From positions 43,634 to 107,633 of the IMG/VR virus record IMGVR_UViG_2744054517_000003: a stretch of DNA of 64,000 bases; one strand, written 5' to 3'. Positions 17,202 through 25,248 of the stretch are shown here, piece by piece. The position numbers and the translations under genes are program-made. The stretch comes from a virus (Duplodnaviria > Caudoviricetes). The notes under the pieces are model-generated. The model was not told the origin of the DNA and did no database searches. It saw only the letters and a list, made by a program, of their open reading frames with translations. Within the stretch, counting starts at the first letter, position 1. The number at the start of each line of letters is the position of its first letter.

Positions 17202-18579
17202 TGTTTTCCCACACCCTTTCAATAAGATTGAAATACTCAGCTTTAGTTTCAGGAACCGCATGGGCTTGAAAACGAACAAATAACCCCATACAGTTTATAA
17301 AGTAAGTTTCATTATTTATTATATGTGACTTTACCATTGCATTCATTAAATATTTAAAGCCATCACTGTACTTTCCTCGATGTAAATAATAAAAACCTAA
17401 CTCGTAACCAAACCACGCGATATAATCCGGTATCACTTGTCGGGTATACATATCATCTGATGATGGTTGCTGTGAAAAAGTCCCGATTAGTTTTTCAAAT
17501 CGTTTGAGTATATCGTCTACATTTATGCTGAACTGGTTTGCTGCGATTATAACATTCAACAGTTTTGAGAGCTTTTCATTCTCATTAGCGGCTGATGTTA
17601 CAGCAATATATTCAACATATTCATTCAGTAGATTTGTTTCTCCTGACAACAATTTATATACGTAAGCATTACCTTCTGCCCACTGACTGAACAAATTTAC
17701 CCAGTGTCTTGTGTCCTCGTCGGTCTCTTTAACCCAGTCTAAATCCGCATAGGCGTATGTATATTGTAGAGCTTGCTGATAATCGCCCCGGGCTTCGCAA
17801 ACACTTGCACACAATAGGTCAGCATAAGCAATGTATCCAAATAGCGGACCTCTTGTTCTCTTTTCAATATCTCGTAACTCACGTTTTTCTTGGTGTTTTA
17901 AACTATACTGGATTTCCGCTTTAGCTCTCATTTGTCTTGCCATTTCGTCTACCTTGTCCCATTTACGCAAAGACCTGTATACATTAGCTAAGTCCTTCAA
18001 TGCGTCAAGCTGGTCTATTTCATCTAGGCGTTCGACAAAGGCTTCAAAAACAGCTGCTGCCCTAACATTTTGGCTTTGATCGTCTCCAATTTTGATTGTG
18101 AATATACGATATTGGCAGATTGCCAAACGTTCAGAATGTTGATATCTCTCCGCTTCAGCCACTCCCTCATAGAGCAGCAATGCAGCCTGATGTCGTCCCT
18201 GTGACAATAATCCTTCTGCAATTTCAAATAGCTTGGGTGAATACAGGAGATTGTCCATGATGGCTCCCACCACTCGACGGATCGCATCCAACCTGTCTAA
18301 CTCCGCACAGCGAAACAAAAATGGCTCGATTCGCCTCATATTCGGGGGATGGTCGATGATGAAGTTTTCTATAAACAGATCGTAAAACTCCCCTTCTGGT
18401 AAACCCATAGCCTCAGTGATTCGGTCAAGCTGGTTAACTGACATAGACTTATTCCCTGTCACAATAGCACTTATTATCCCCCTATTCATGCCTGCAAGTT
18501 GTCCGAATTGCGCTAGGCTCAAACCTTTTTGTTGTATATATTTATCTAATTCTGCTCGAATCGTAGGTGTATGCTTCAT
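17164..18579 (-). CDS. aloR: AloR-like RRNPP receptor (HTH plus TPR-like)
   Basis: N-terminal XRE HTH, helical repeat body, adjacent pro-peptide, as in P. polymyxa Alo systems. Confidence 0.8.
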   Translation of the reverse strand: MKHTPTIRAELDKYIQQKGLSLAQFGQLAGMNRGIISAIVTGNKSMSVNQLDRITEAMGLPEGEFYDLFIENFIIDHPPNMRRIEPFLFRCAELDRLDAIRRVVGAIMDNLLYSPKLFEIAEGLLSQGRHQAALLLYEGVAEAERYQHSERLAICQYRIFTIKIGDDQSQNVRAAAVFEAFVERLDEIDQLDALKDLANVYRSLRKWDKVDEMARQMRAKAEIQYSLKHQEKRELRDIEKRTRGPLFGYIAYADLLCASVCEARGDYQQALQYTYAYADLDWVKETDEDTRHWVNLFSQWAEGNAYVYKLLSGETNLLNEYVEYIAVTSAANENEKLSKLLNVIIAANQFSINVDDILKRFEKLIGTFSQQPSSDDMYTRQVIPDYIAWFGYELGFYYLHRGKYSDGFKYLMNAMVKSHIINNETYFINCMGLFVRFQAHAVPETKAEYFNLIERVWENNVQKNGAFNHCG

Positions 18580-18853
18580 ATCATATCCACCCTTCATACA
18601 GAAATTCCAAAACTTATATATTATTGCATTCTATTGTTGTCCATAATTTAACAGTTGTCAATAAGTTTTGAATTTTTTGTCATTCGGATATTCAACTAAA
18701 TTATTTTTTTGAATATTGTCGATTACTGTAAGACAAATAGTGCTACAATATCATTTTTCCATTTTGTTAATAGAAACACACAAATTATTCCTTTCTTTGT
18801 GTTATACTAACTCAGCAATGCAAATAAATCCCATTTTGAAAGGACGATTTTTA

Positions 18854-19462
18854 ATGAAGCTTAAAAACACAGCAATCATTCTTACAGGTGTATTAGCTCT
18901 TACGGCAGTTGCTCCAATTGCAGCATCTGCCGAATCATCCACAGGACAAATTACACAAAATTCAAGTTCTAGTGTAACTCAAAAGAGTGCAGTTGAGGCA
19001 GTAAAACCTTATGTACAAGTTAAAGATGGAGTATTGTCCCTAAAAGAGGTTCCTGAAAGTATTTATAACCAGTATAATTTATCAGATTTACAAAAGCATT
19101 TTGATGAATTAAATGAATTATCAAAATCAGGTAAAATTACTGTGAATAGCGATTTAAGCATAAAGGACAATACCATCTCGCTTAATGCAGAATACGGATC
19201 TTGGACTTACCACTGGTGGGGATATGATCGGAAATTCACTGACTATCAAACTAAACAAGCGATAGATTACTATAATACTGTGGCAGGTGGCGGCACACTC
19301 ATTTCAGGGGCAACGGCTTGGTATCCTCCTGTTTCAGGTATCTCAGGATCAGTCGCAGGATACTTTGCATTGTTTGCAGCACGTATGAGCGCTAATAACA
19401 ATGGTAACGGAGTTTATGTTTCTGTTTCATGGGCGGCAGTGTTTGATGTTGAACCTTTGTAA
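18854..19462 (+). CDS. Secreted bacteriocin-like protein
   Basis: Reads on + strand (ORF track labels it -); Sec signal ending ASA; C-terminal HWWG and Gly/Ala-rich hydrophobic helices. Confidence 0.6.
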   Translation: MKLKNTAIILTGVLALTAVAPIAASAESSTGQITQNSSSSVTQKSAVEAVKPYVQVKDGVLSLKEVPESIYNQYNLSDLQKHFDELNELSKSGKITVNSDLSIKDNTISLNAEYGSWTYHWWGYDRKFTDYQTKQAIDYYNTVAGGGTLISGATAWYPPVSGISGSVAGYFALFAARMSANNNGNGVYVSVSWAAVFDVEPL

Positions 19463-19484
19463 TACGACACAGTAAGGAGACTCT

Positions 19485-19649
19485 ATGACCAGTATTTTAG
19501 CTGTTTTAGTGATTATTTGGGGAATAAGTTATATGGCTGTCTACTACATTAAGAAGAAAAAAAATACACACGGGCAACCTGGTTATAAAATATTCTTTAT
19601 GGTTATTCTTGTTATTTTAGCAATCGCTTTGGTTAGTTCATATTTATAA
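19485..19649 (+). CDS. Two-TM peptide, candidate immunity protein (54 aa)
   Basis: MTSILAVLVIIWGISYMAVYYIKKKK...; AAGGAG RBS. Confidence 0.6.
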   Translation: MTSILAVLVIIWGISYMAVYYIKKKKNTHGQPGYKIFFMVILVILAIALVSSYL

Positions 19650-19786
19650 TCAAACAATTTTATGATTTTTTATAGCCTTCCTTTAATGGAGGGCTTTTAT
19701 ATTACATACCAAATCTTATGGGTACATCCTATATGAGCAATGAGAAAAAGACTCCCCGCCGACCGATTAAGGTTAGCGGAGAGTTT

Positions 19787-20233
19787 CTATTTCACGATAA
19801 ATTCAACTTTTGTCCCATCTGCGTAGTCGTCTAACTTGTGACCTACCCACGATCCAGCTCCACGATTATCCTTTGGACTTATGTACTTAATGTCTGCACC
19901 CTCTCCACCTTCGGAGCACATCGCCATAGGCCATTCATCGCGGTCCTTGCCCTTCTTGGTGGGCACACCCTTTAGGGACAGCTCGCGATTATGGTCGGCT
20001 CCTTCACGGTCTATTGTGCATACTGGTGATTTTCCCGCCTGAATGGCTTCCTTGATGTGCTGGGCCGTTTCTGGGTACTTGGCTGACGGAAACTCCAGTT
20101 TGACCGTATCGGCAGATACCTGCGTTACCGGAACAGCTACTGGGTCGCTCTTAGTGGTCTTTACAACGTCTTGTTGTACGCTGCAGCCAGCTAATAGGAC
20201 TGTTATCAACACGGTAAATATCCATCTAAACAT
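19787..20233 (-). CDS. nucB: NucA/NucB-family DNase, lipoprotein
   Basis: [26 protein letters not shown]; LAGC lipobox. Confidence 0.9.
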   Translation of the reverse strand: MFRWIFTVLITVLLAGCSVQQDVVKTTKSDPVAVPVTQVSADTVKLEFPSAKYPETAQHIKEAIQAGKSPVCTIDREGADHNRELSLKGVPTKKGKDRDEWPMAMCSEGGEGADIKYISPKDNRGAGSWVGHKLDDYADGTKVEFIVK

Positions 20234-20307
20234 ATGTATTCCTCCCTAAACGTAAAAACACCCCACCAGCTTAGCTAGTAGGGTGGATATCAAAAAAATA
20301 TTATATG

Positions 20308-20664
20308 CTAAGCTATAAATGGTTCGATGAACGTTTTCCACTTATCATATACCGATATGAGAGCTGGGGTCTTCTCAGCAACAGAGATCACTTTTTCAAT
20401 AGTTCCGAATAAGGCACCAATAATTGTTTTATTGGGCTTGTCTTCTTGAGCTTGCTCCGAAACAGCCGATACTGCCTCTGATAATTCATTTTGAGTATCT
20501 TGTGGCATATCACTATTTTGAGAAATGAGTTCGATTAATTGCTTTGTTATATCTGCCAATCCTTCATTCCCAGCATGATTATTAACAACCGTTGCGCTAC
20601 TTGAATCGCCTATAGATTGAGCACCACCATTGTTTTCTACCTTATTAATATTAAATTGAGACAT
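20308..20664 (-). CDS. Hypothetical protein (N/G-rich N-terminus plus helical domain)
   Basis: ATG after AAGGAG; frame stays open upstream to 20853. Confidence 0.65.
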   Translation of the reverse strand: MSQFNINKVENNGGAQSIGDSSSATVVNNHAGNEGLADITKQLIELISQNSDMPQDTQNELSEAVSAVSEQAQEDKPNKTIIGALFGTIEKVISVAEKTPALISVYDKWKTFIEPFIA

Positions 20665-20780
20665 AGTATACTCTCCTTGATTATAAATTATCGTTAAATT
20701 AGGACTAAGTTGTTTTAACAACTCCAAGTTGTCTTTATGTAGTACGTCAGACAGGGAGGACGGTGTGGACTTAGTGCTCC

Positions 20781-21179
20781 TTAATATATCAGTGCTGGTT
20801 TTAACGTAGGCTGACTTTTCCTTTTTTTTTTTGAAATCATACGTTTCTTGAATTCAGGGTTGAATTCAAAAACTGGGAAAATCATGCCGGGTGTAACTTC
20901 GAATTCCCCATGAATGTCGCATTCGAAATCAAATTTAAGGAGTTCTTTGTCGCTAACTGTTTTTACAGTTCTAGCACAATCGTATTCAGGGCATCTTATT
21001 TCATATAACAATACAAGAGCTCCTCCTTGCACAAGGTGAAGGAGCCTGGTGAATACTTGTTCTAAAGGAAGACCTGTGAAATTAGCAACAGCTGATGGAT
21101 AAAACCTTCTGACAGGTAAAGAGGCTGCATTTTCTACCCAATCATCAACATCCCATATGTCTGCCACTGCTTTCCCCAC
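20781..21179 (-). CDS. wHTH/Zn-ribbon protein ending in A11 tract
   Basis: CPEYDC...CDIH; T11 at 20822-20832 on + strand. Confidence 0.7.
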   Translation of the reverse strand: MGKAVADIWDVDDWVENAASLPVRRFYPSAVANFTGLPLEQVFTRLLHLVQGGALVLLYEIRCPEYDCARTVKTVSDKELLKFDFECDIHGEFEVTPGMIFPVFEFNPEFKKRMISKKKRKSQPTLKPALIY

Positions 21180-21194
21180 CCTTCAGTACATTTT

Positions 21195-22280
21195 TTATAG
21201 TATAACACGTTTTCTGACAAAGTCGATTGCCGCTTCTGATGCCTGAGACATAAAAAATATACTGTTTGATTGCATACCAACACGAATTGTATGCATCGTT
21301 CTTACACCTTCTTCATCAACTGGAAACTGAATAAAGCACCCCTGATGTTCAATGCTTGTCTTTAAATAATCATATAAAGGAGTTCCTCTAAGATCCCTTT
21401 CTTTAACACCCATTCCCACTTTCTCCATACCGTTTAAAATCAAGGCGGTGAACGGTATAGCAGAAAATTCTTCTCCTAATGACTGTCTAGCTTCCTGTAA
21501 ATTATCCTGTAATTCAAGAATATCTTCATTTTCAAAATAAGAATCTAGGGCTGAAAGTATGGTTACAACAGAATCAGCTTGAGGCTTTGTGAATTCCTCT
21601 AAAGAAAGATTGGGTTTACCCACTGTGTCGATTAATTCACCACCTAACGCATCAGCTAAACCTTCTGCATTGAATCCGAAAGGAGCCATGACTCTGACAG
21701 GGTCCATAACCACTTGTTGATTAATCAATTGCGCAAAGTTCTTAGCTATCTTTTCAGCGTGTTTGGGGTCAGTTCTAACCTCTATAAACCCTTCGTTTTC
21801 ATTGACGTAAAGAGTGGTAGTACTTGTCTTGGGGCGTGTCTCAATAGTATCAAGTATTATTTCTTTTGTTACACCCACTTTATACATGTACCTCAAGTAA
21901 TATTCATGCTCGTTCCAACCCTCTGCAGCTCCTATTAACTTTGGATCACTTGAAACATCTTCTCTTAGCGGCATGTTTACAGTTTCAAAAGGATTGAAAG
22001 CGGGATGGTTTTTTACAATCAAGTCTTTTATCCCTCTAATACCATCAGAGAATTTATACCATGAGACAGAGGTTTTACCTCCGAAAATTTGTCCTCTAGA
22101 GGCATCAAATATCCTATCTCTCATCCCTTGGCTTTCTTTCACCCTTGACCAGATCTTGGAAACAAGTTCACTAACCGCTCCATCATCTGTCATATCAAGA
22201 TCAATGCAAATTTCTTTAAGTTTTTCTTTTGGCAAATGCATTAGATCATTTAACAATACTAATTGAGAAATTTTAAGCAT
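21195..22280 (-). CDS. Hypothetical protein, candidate defence component
   Basis: 361 aa, low GC, moron position downstream of lysis genes. Confidence 0.75.
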   Translation of the reverse strand: MLKISQLVLLNDLMHLPKEKLKEICIDLDMTDDGAVSELVSKIWSRVKESQGMRDRIFDASRGQIFGGKTSVSWYKFSDGIRGIKDLIVKNHPAFNPFETVNMPLREDVSSDPKLIGAAEGWNEHEYYLRYMYKVGVTKEIILDTIETRPKTSTTTLYVNENEGFIEVRTDPKHAEKIAKNFAQLINQQVVMDPVRVMAPFGFNAEGLADALGGELIDTVGKPNLSLEEFTKPQADSVVTILSALDSYFENEDILELQDNLQEARQSLGEEFSAIPFTALILNGMEKVGMGVKERDLRGTPLYDYLKTSIEHQGCFIQFPVDEEGVRTMHTIRVGMQSNSIFFMSQASEAAIDFVRKRVIL

Positions 22281-22367
22281 TCTTTGACCGCCTTTTTATT
22301 GTGGTATAATCCACTATAAATCTATCATCAAAGGTAAGTTATGTAAATCTTATATATTCATTATACC

Positions 22368-22381
22368 AGAACACACGTTCT
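22368..22381. promoter_or_regulatory. LexA SOS box at leftward promoter
   Basis: AGAACACACGTTCT just upstream of minus-strand TG-N-TATAAT. Confidence 0.75.
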
Positions 22382-22527
22382 TATTCAATAAAAAGACATA
22401 TCTTTACAACCAGTTCTCACCCAATGACAGTTCCTAATATATAGGAACACTAACAGCCCTTCTAACAACCAAGAAGAACAAAAAAAGCCCCACTCAGCCG
22501 AAACCAGTAGGGCATTAATCTTTGGAT

Positions 22528-23088
22528 TTACTCCGTAACGACTGGAGTTTGTATGGAATCTACCGGTGCAGGAATAGGCTCGGGTGCAGATTGAACCTGA
22601 GCGGGAGCAATGGACGTTACCTCTGTTGTAGCCTGTGCCAAGAAATCATTAAGTTTTGCAGCCAGACCTGATACAGCTTCCTTAGCTGCGGCCTGTGCTG
22701 CCTCCTCGTTTGGCTGTGCTTCAGTAGCCAGTACTGCTTTTGTTTTGGCCTTATACTCCAGGAATGCTTTCTCAATCGCGGATTTTAGCTCTACTTGGGA
22801 TACTACAATACCTTGACTGGAAAGAGTAAGTGAAGCATACTGCAAAGCTTCCTGAAGCTTACGTTCTCCTCCTGCTTCTTTAAATGCTGTTTGAGCAAGT
22901 GCGAATGCCTCCCCTGCTACTTTATGGATTACCTCTCGCTGTGCTGCTGTTGTACGCGCTTCTAGCCACACGTTAACCTTAGTCTTGAGTTTGTTCAGAC
23001 CTCCTAAAACAAACGCTGTAAGCACACCCGCAGCGGCTGTGACAATGGTATTTACATAAGGCTGTACAGTTTCGATAATGGTTTGCAT
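22528..23088 (-). CDS. Holin, LL-H-like
   Basis: One N-terminal TM, GERKLQEA...SAIEKA. Confidence 0.75.
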   Translation of the reverse strand: MQTIIETVQPYVNTIVTAAAGVLTAFVLGGLNKLKTKVNVWLEARTTAAQREVIHKVAGEAFALAQTAFKEAGGERKLQEALQYASLTLSSQGIVVSQVELKSAIEKAFLEYKAKTKAVLATEAQPNEEAAQAAAKEAVSGLAAKLNDFLAQATTEVTSIAPAQVQSAPEPIPAPVDSIQTPVVTE

Positions 23089-23090
23089 GA

Positions 23091-24041
23091 TTATTTATCC
23101 CCTTTCGTTTTCAACGATGCGATTTTATTTTTTGAATCCCAGGACACTACAGCGCCGTATGCCTCCGCAACGGGTCTGAGCTGCACGTATGCCACTCCTT
23201 CGACCAGTTGGATAAATTGCAGCTTGGCTCCATTTAAATAAGCGACCTTGAGACTGGTATCCCAATGACACGACAGACCCAAGACATTAGCAAGCACTCG
23301 CAACGATACATACGTCCTGCCACTAAAAAGCAAAGTCTTTCCTACCTGTTTTCCATTTACGACGAACGAACCGGACGTGACTGTCTCCGGCTGCTCAGGG
23401 CGCTTTGTGAAACGTTCACGCAGCTCGTCCGCCGTACCATCATACTCATTCATATCCACGTTCCCTTTTATCCCTGCTACCTTGCCGCTATCGCTATATT
23501 GCCAAATATCCCAACGTTTCCACGTCACTGTATCGCTTGGGACGCGAGTATCACTATACCGGGCTATCCATAGTGGGTAACCGCCCAATGAGGCGTTAAA
23601 ATTAGCTGCGAATGCATTGCCTGTATAGATAATGGGCTTGCGTCCTGTAAGTCTCTCCAGCTCAAGCAGGAAGGCCAAAGCTACAGCACTAATAAGTGTT
23701 TTAGACAGCTTGCCGGGATTGTTTTCATAGTCCATTACAGGCGGCAAGTCTAGCGTTTTCCCTCCGCCTACCTGTTCCAATACCTCGGCAAAATGCCGCG
23801 CTTCTGCTTTGGCTGCATCAACGCTGATTGCGTCTATAAAATGGTATGCGCCCAGCAATACCCCGGCTGCTCTGGCTCCTTTTGCATTCGTGGTGAATGT
23901 CGGATCAACGTAACGTTGCCCCTGGCTAGCCTTGATGAAGGCAAATGAAATGCCATCTGCCTTGACTGCCTTCCAATCAATCTTTCCTTGATATCGGGAT
24001 ACGTCGATCCCTCTTGCATTACGGCTGTTTCGTTGTTGCAT
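23091..24041 (-). CDS. GH25 endolysin
   Basis: GIDVSRYQG, DYE, WQYS, VDMN; C-terminal repeat wall-binding domain. Confidence 0.92.
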   Translation of the reverse strand: MQQRNSRNARGIDVSRYQGKIDWKAVKADGISFAFIKASQGQRYVDPTFTTNAKGARAAGVLLGAYHFIDAISVDAAKAEARHFAEVLEQVGGGKTLDLPPVMDYENNPGKLSKTLISAVALAFLLELERLTGRKPIIYTGNAFAANFNASLGGYPLWIARYSDTRVPSDTVTWKRWDIWQYSDSGKVAGIKGNVDMNEYDGTADELRERFTKRPEQPETVTSGSFVVNGKQVGKTLLFSGRTYVSLRVLANVLGLSCHWDTSLKVAYLNGAKLQFIQLVEGVAYVQLRPVAEAYGAVVSWDSKNKIASLKTKGDK

Positions 24042-24471
24042 CTTCTTTCTCTCCTTCCTTACCACTTTTACTTTTTAAAACTTCTACGGCCTGTCGGATT
24101 ACAGGCGGGATAGGAGCGCCGAGTCTGCCGCCATTCTCCAAAATGGACAGCAGCTCATTTGCCATATAAAAATAGGCGACCGCATCCCGGAATAGGTGCG
24201 AATCGCCTAAAACTCCATCAATCAGATGGGATACTGCTACCATTGCAAAGATAAATACCTTTCGAGCGATACCGATAAGACCAATCTTGCTTTTCAAACC
24301 GGGTCCGGTTCCCTTCTTACCTTCAGCGCCAGCCGCGAATAATCCAGTTACGTAGTCAATAATGACCAGAGCAAGTAACACCCCCAACACTCCCGACCAC
24401 CCACCGTAAAAATACGTTACAGCGCTGCTTCCTAAAGCGGTGCTAAACTTAAAAATCTCCCACTTGTCCAC
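24019..24471 (-). CDS. Phage holin (holin_4 family)
   Basis: DYVTG...NELLSILEN...P. Confidence 0.9.
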   Translation of the reverse strand: MDKWEIFKFSTALGSSAVTYFYGGWSGVLGVLLALVIIDYVTGLFAAGAEGKKGTGPGLKSKIGLIGIARKVFIFAMVAVSHLIDGVLGDSHLFRDAVAYFYMANELLSILENGGRLGAPIPPVIRQAVEVLKSKSGKEGEKEDATTKQP

Positions 24472-24573
24472 TTGCTTCCCCCGTCTCTCTATTCAGGAAA
24501 CTTTTCCTGACCTAAAATAAGCCCCCGACCACTCCAAGGGCATAAAAAAACACGCTCCATTATGGACGTGCTG

Positions 24574-24720
24574 TTACTCTTGTTCTTTTTCTAATGGTGT
24601 GCCATCCACGTCTAATCCCCAACTTGCTAGATATGCCCTAACCGGTTCCTTTTGTATATCCGGCACCTGAGCAAACGTCTTTATGCCTTTCATGATTAGA
24701 GATCCATATATGGCTGCCAC
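24574..24720 (-). CDS. Small tail-associated protein (CD1375/XkdX-like, 48 aa)
   Basis: AIYGSLIMKGIKTFAQVP; GGAGGTG RBS. Confidence 0.65.
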   Translation of the reverse strand: MAAIYGSLIMKGIKTFAQVPDIQKEPVRAYLASWGLDVDGTPLEKEQE

Positions 24721-24725
24721 GTTAA

Positions 24726-25235
24726 TCACCTCCCCTCTTTAAGAGCTTTAAGTTCAGCTTGCATTGCAAGCATTTGCTCGTACATATCAGCCATTGCAAT
24801 CTGTGTATTTGTAAGTTCTTCACGAAGCTTTGGCTGCGGTTCTGGCTGTTTGGTTATCTCCGCGATTTCTTCCGATGTAAGTCCCTCTGTCCATAACTTA
24901 TCCGGCTGCTTAGGGGCAACATATACAGGCTGTTCCCCTTCTGCCCTGCCCTTAGCCTGCCATTCGTCAAGAGCAGCTATATACGCCTCCTGTGCCTCGT
25001 ATACGGCACTCTCATAAGCCTTCCATGCAGCAAGATTAAATTTAGGCTTGAACAAACCCGGCGTTGTAATCGGCACGCCGACATTGTACCCGGCAATCTC
25101 GGGTGTTGTTGGCTCTGTATCTGCGTCCTGATCGTCCGGCTGGGCATAAAAAGGGACGACACCGGAAAAGGCATCGTCCACTAGCGTTTCCTCTAAATAG
25201 AGGCCGTCTTTATTTACTTTAGCTGCTGATTTCAT
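24726..25235 (-). CDS. Tail fibre assembly-like protein
   Basis: Position after fibre; KPKF...WTEG and coiled-coil end. Confidence 0.6.
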   Translation of the reverse strand: MKSAAKVNKDGLYLEETLVDDAFSGVVPFYAQPDDQDADTEPTTPEIAGYNVGVPITTPGLFKPKFNLAAWKAYESAVYEAQEAYIAALDEWQAKGRAEGEQPVYVAPKQPDKLWTEGLTSEEIAEITKQPEPQPKLREELTNTQIAMADMYEQMLAMQAELKALKEGR

Positions 25236-25248
25236 ACATTCCCCTCCC

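Noticed and set aside
18716-19462. Minus-strand label in the ORF track
   Set aside because: The listed protein reads directly on the + strand (ATGAAGCTTAAAAAC at 18854)
22284-22310. Rightward TTGACC...TATAAT promoter
   Set aside because: Spacer is only 15 bp and no downstream ORF is evident; cannot be supported further
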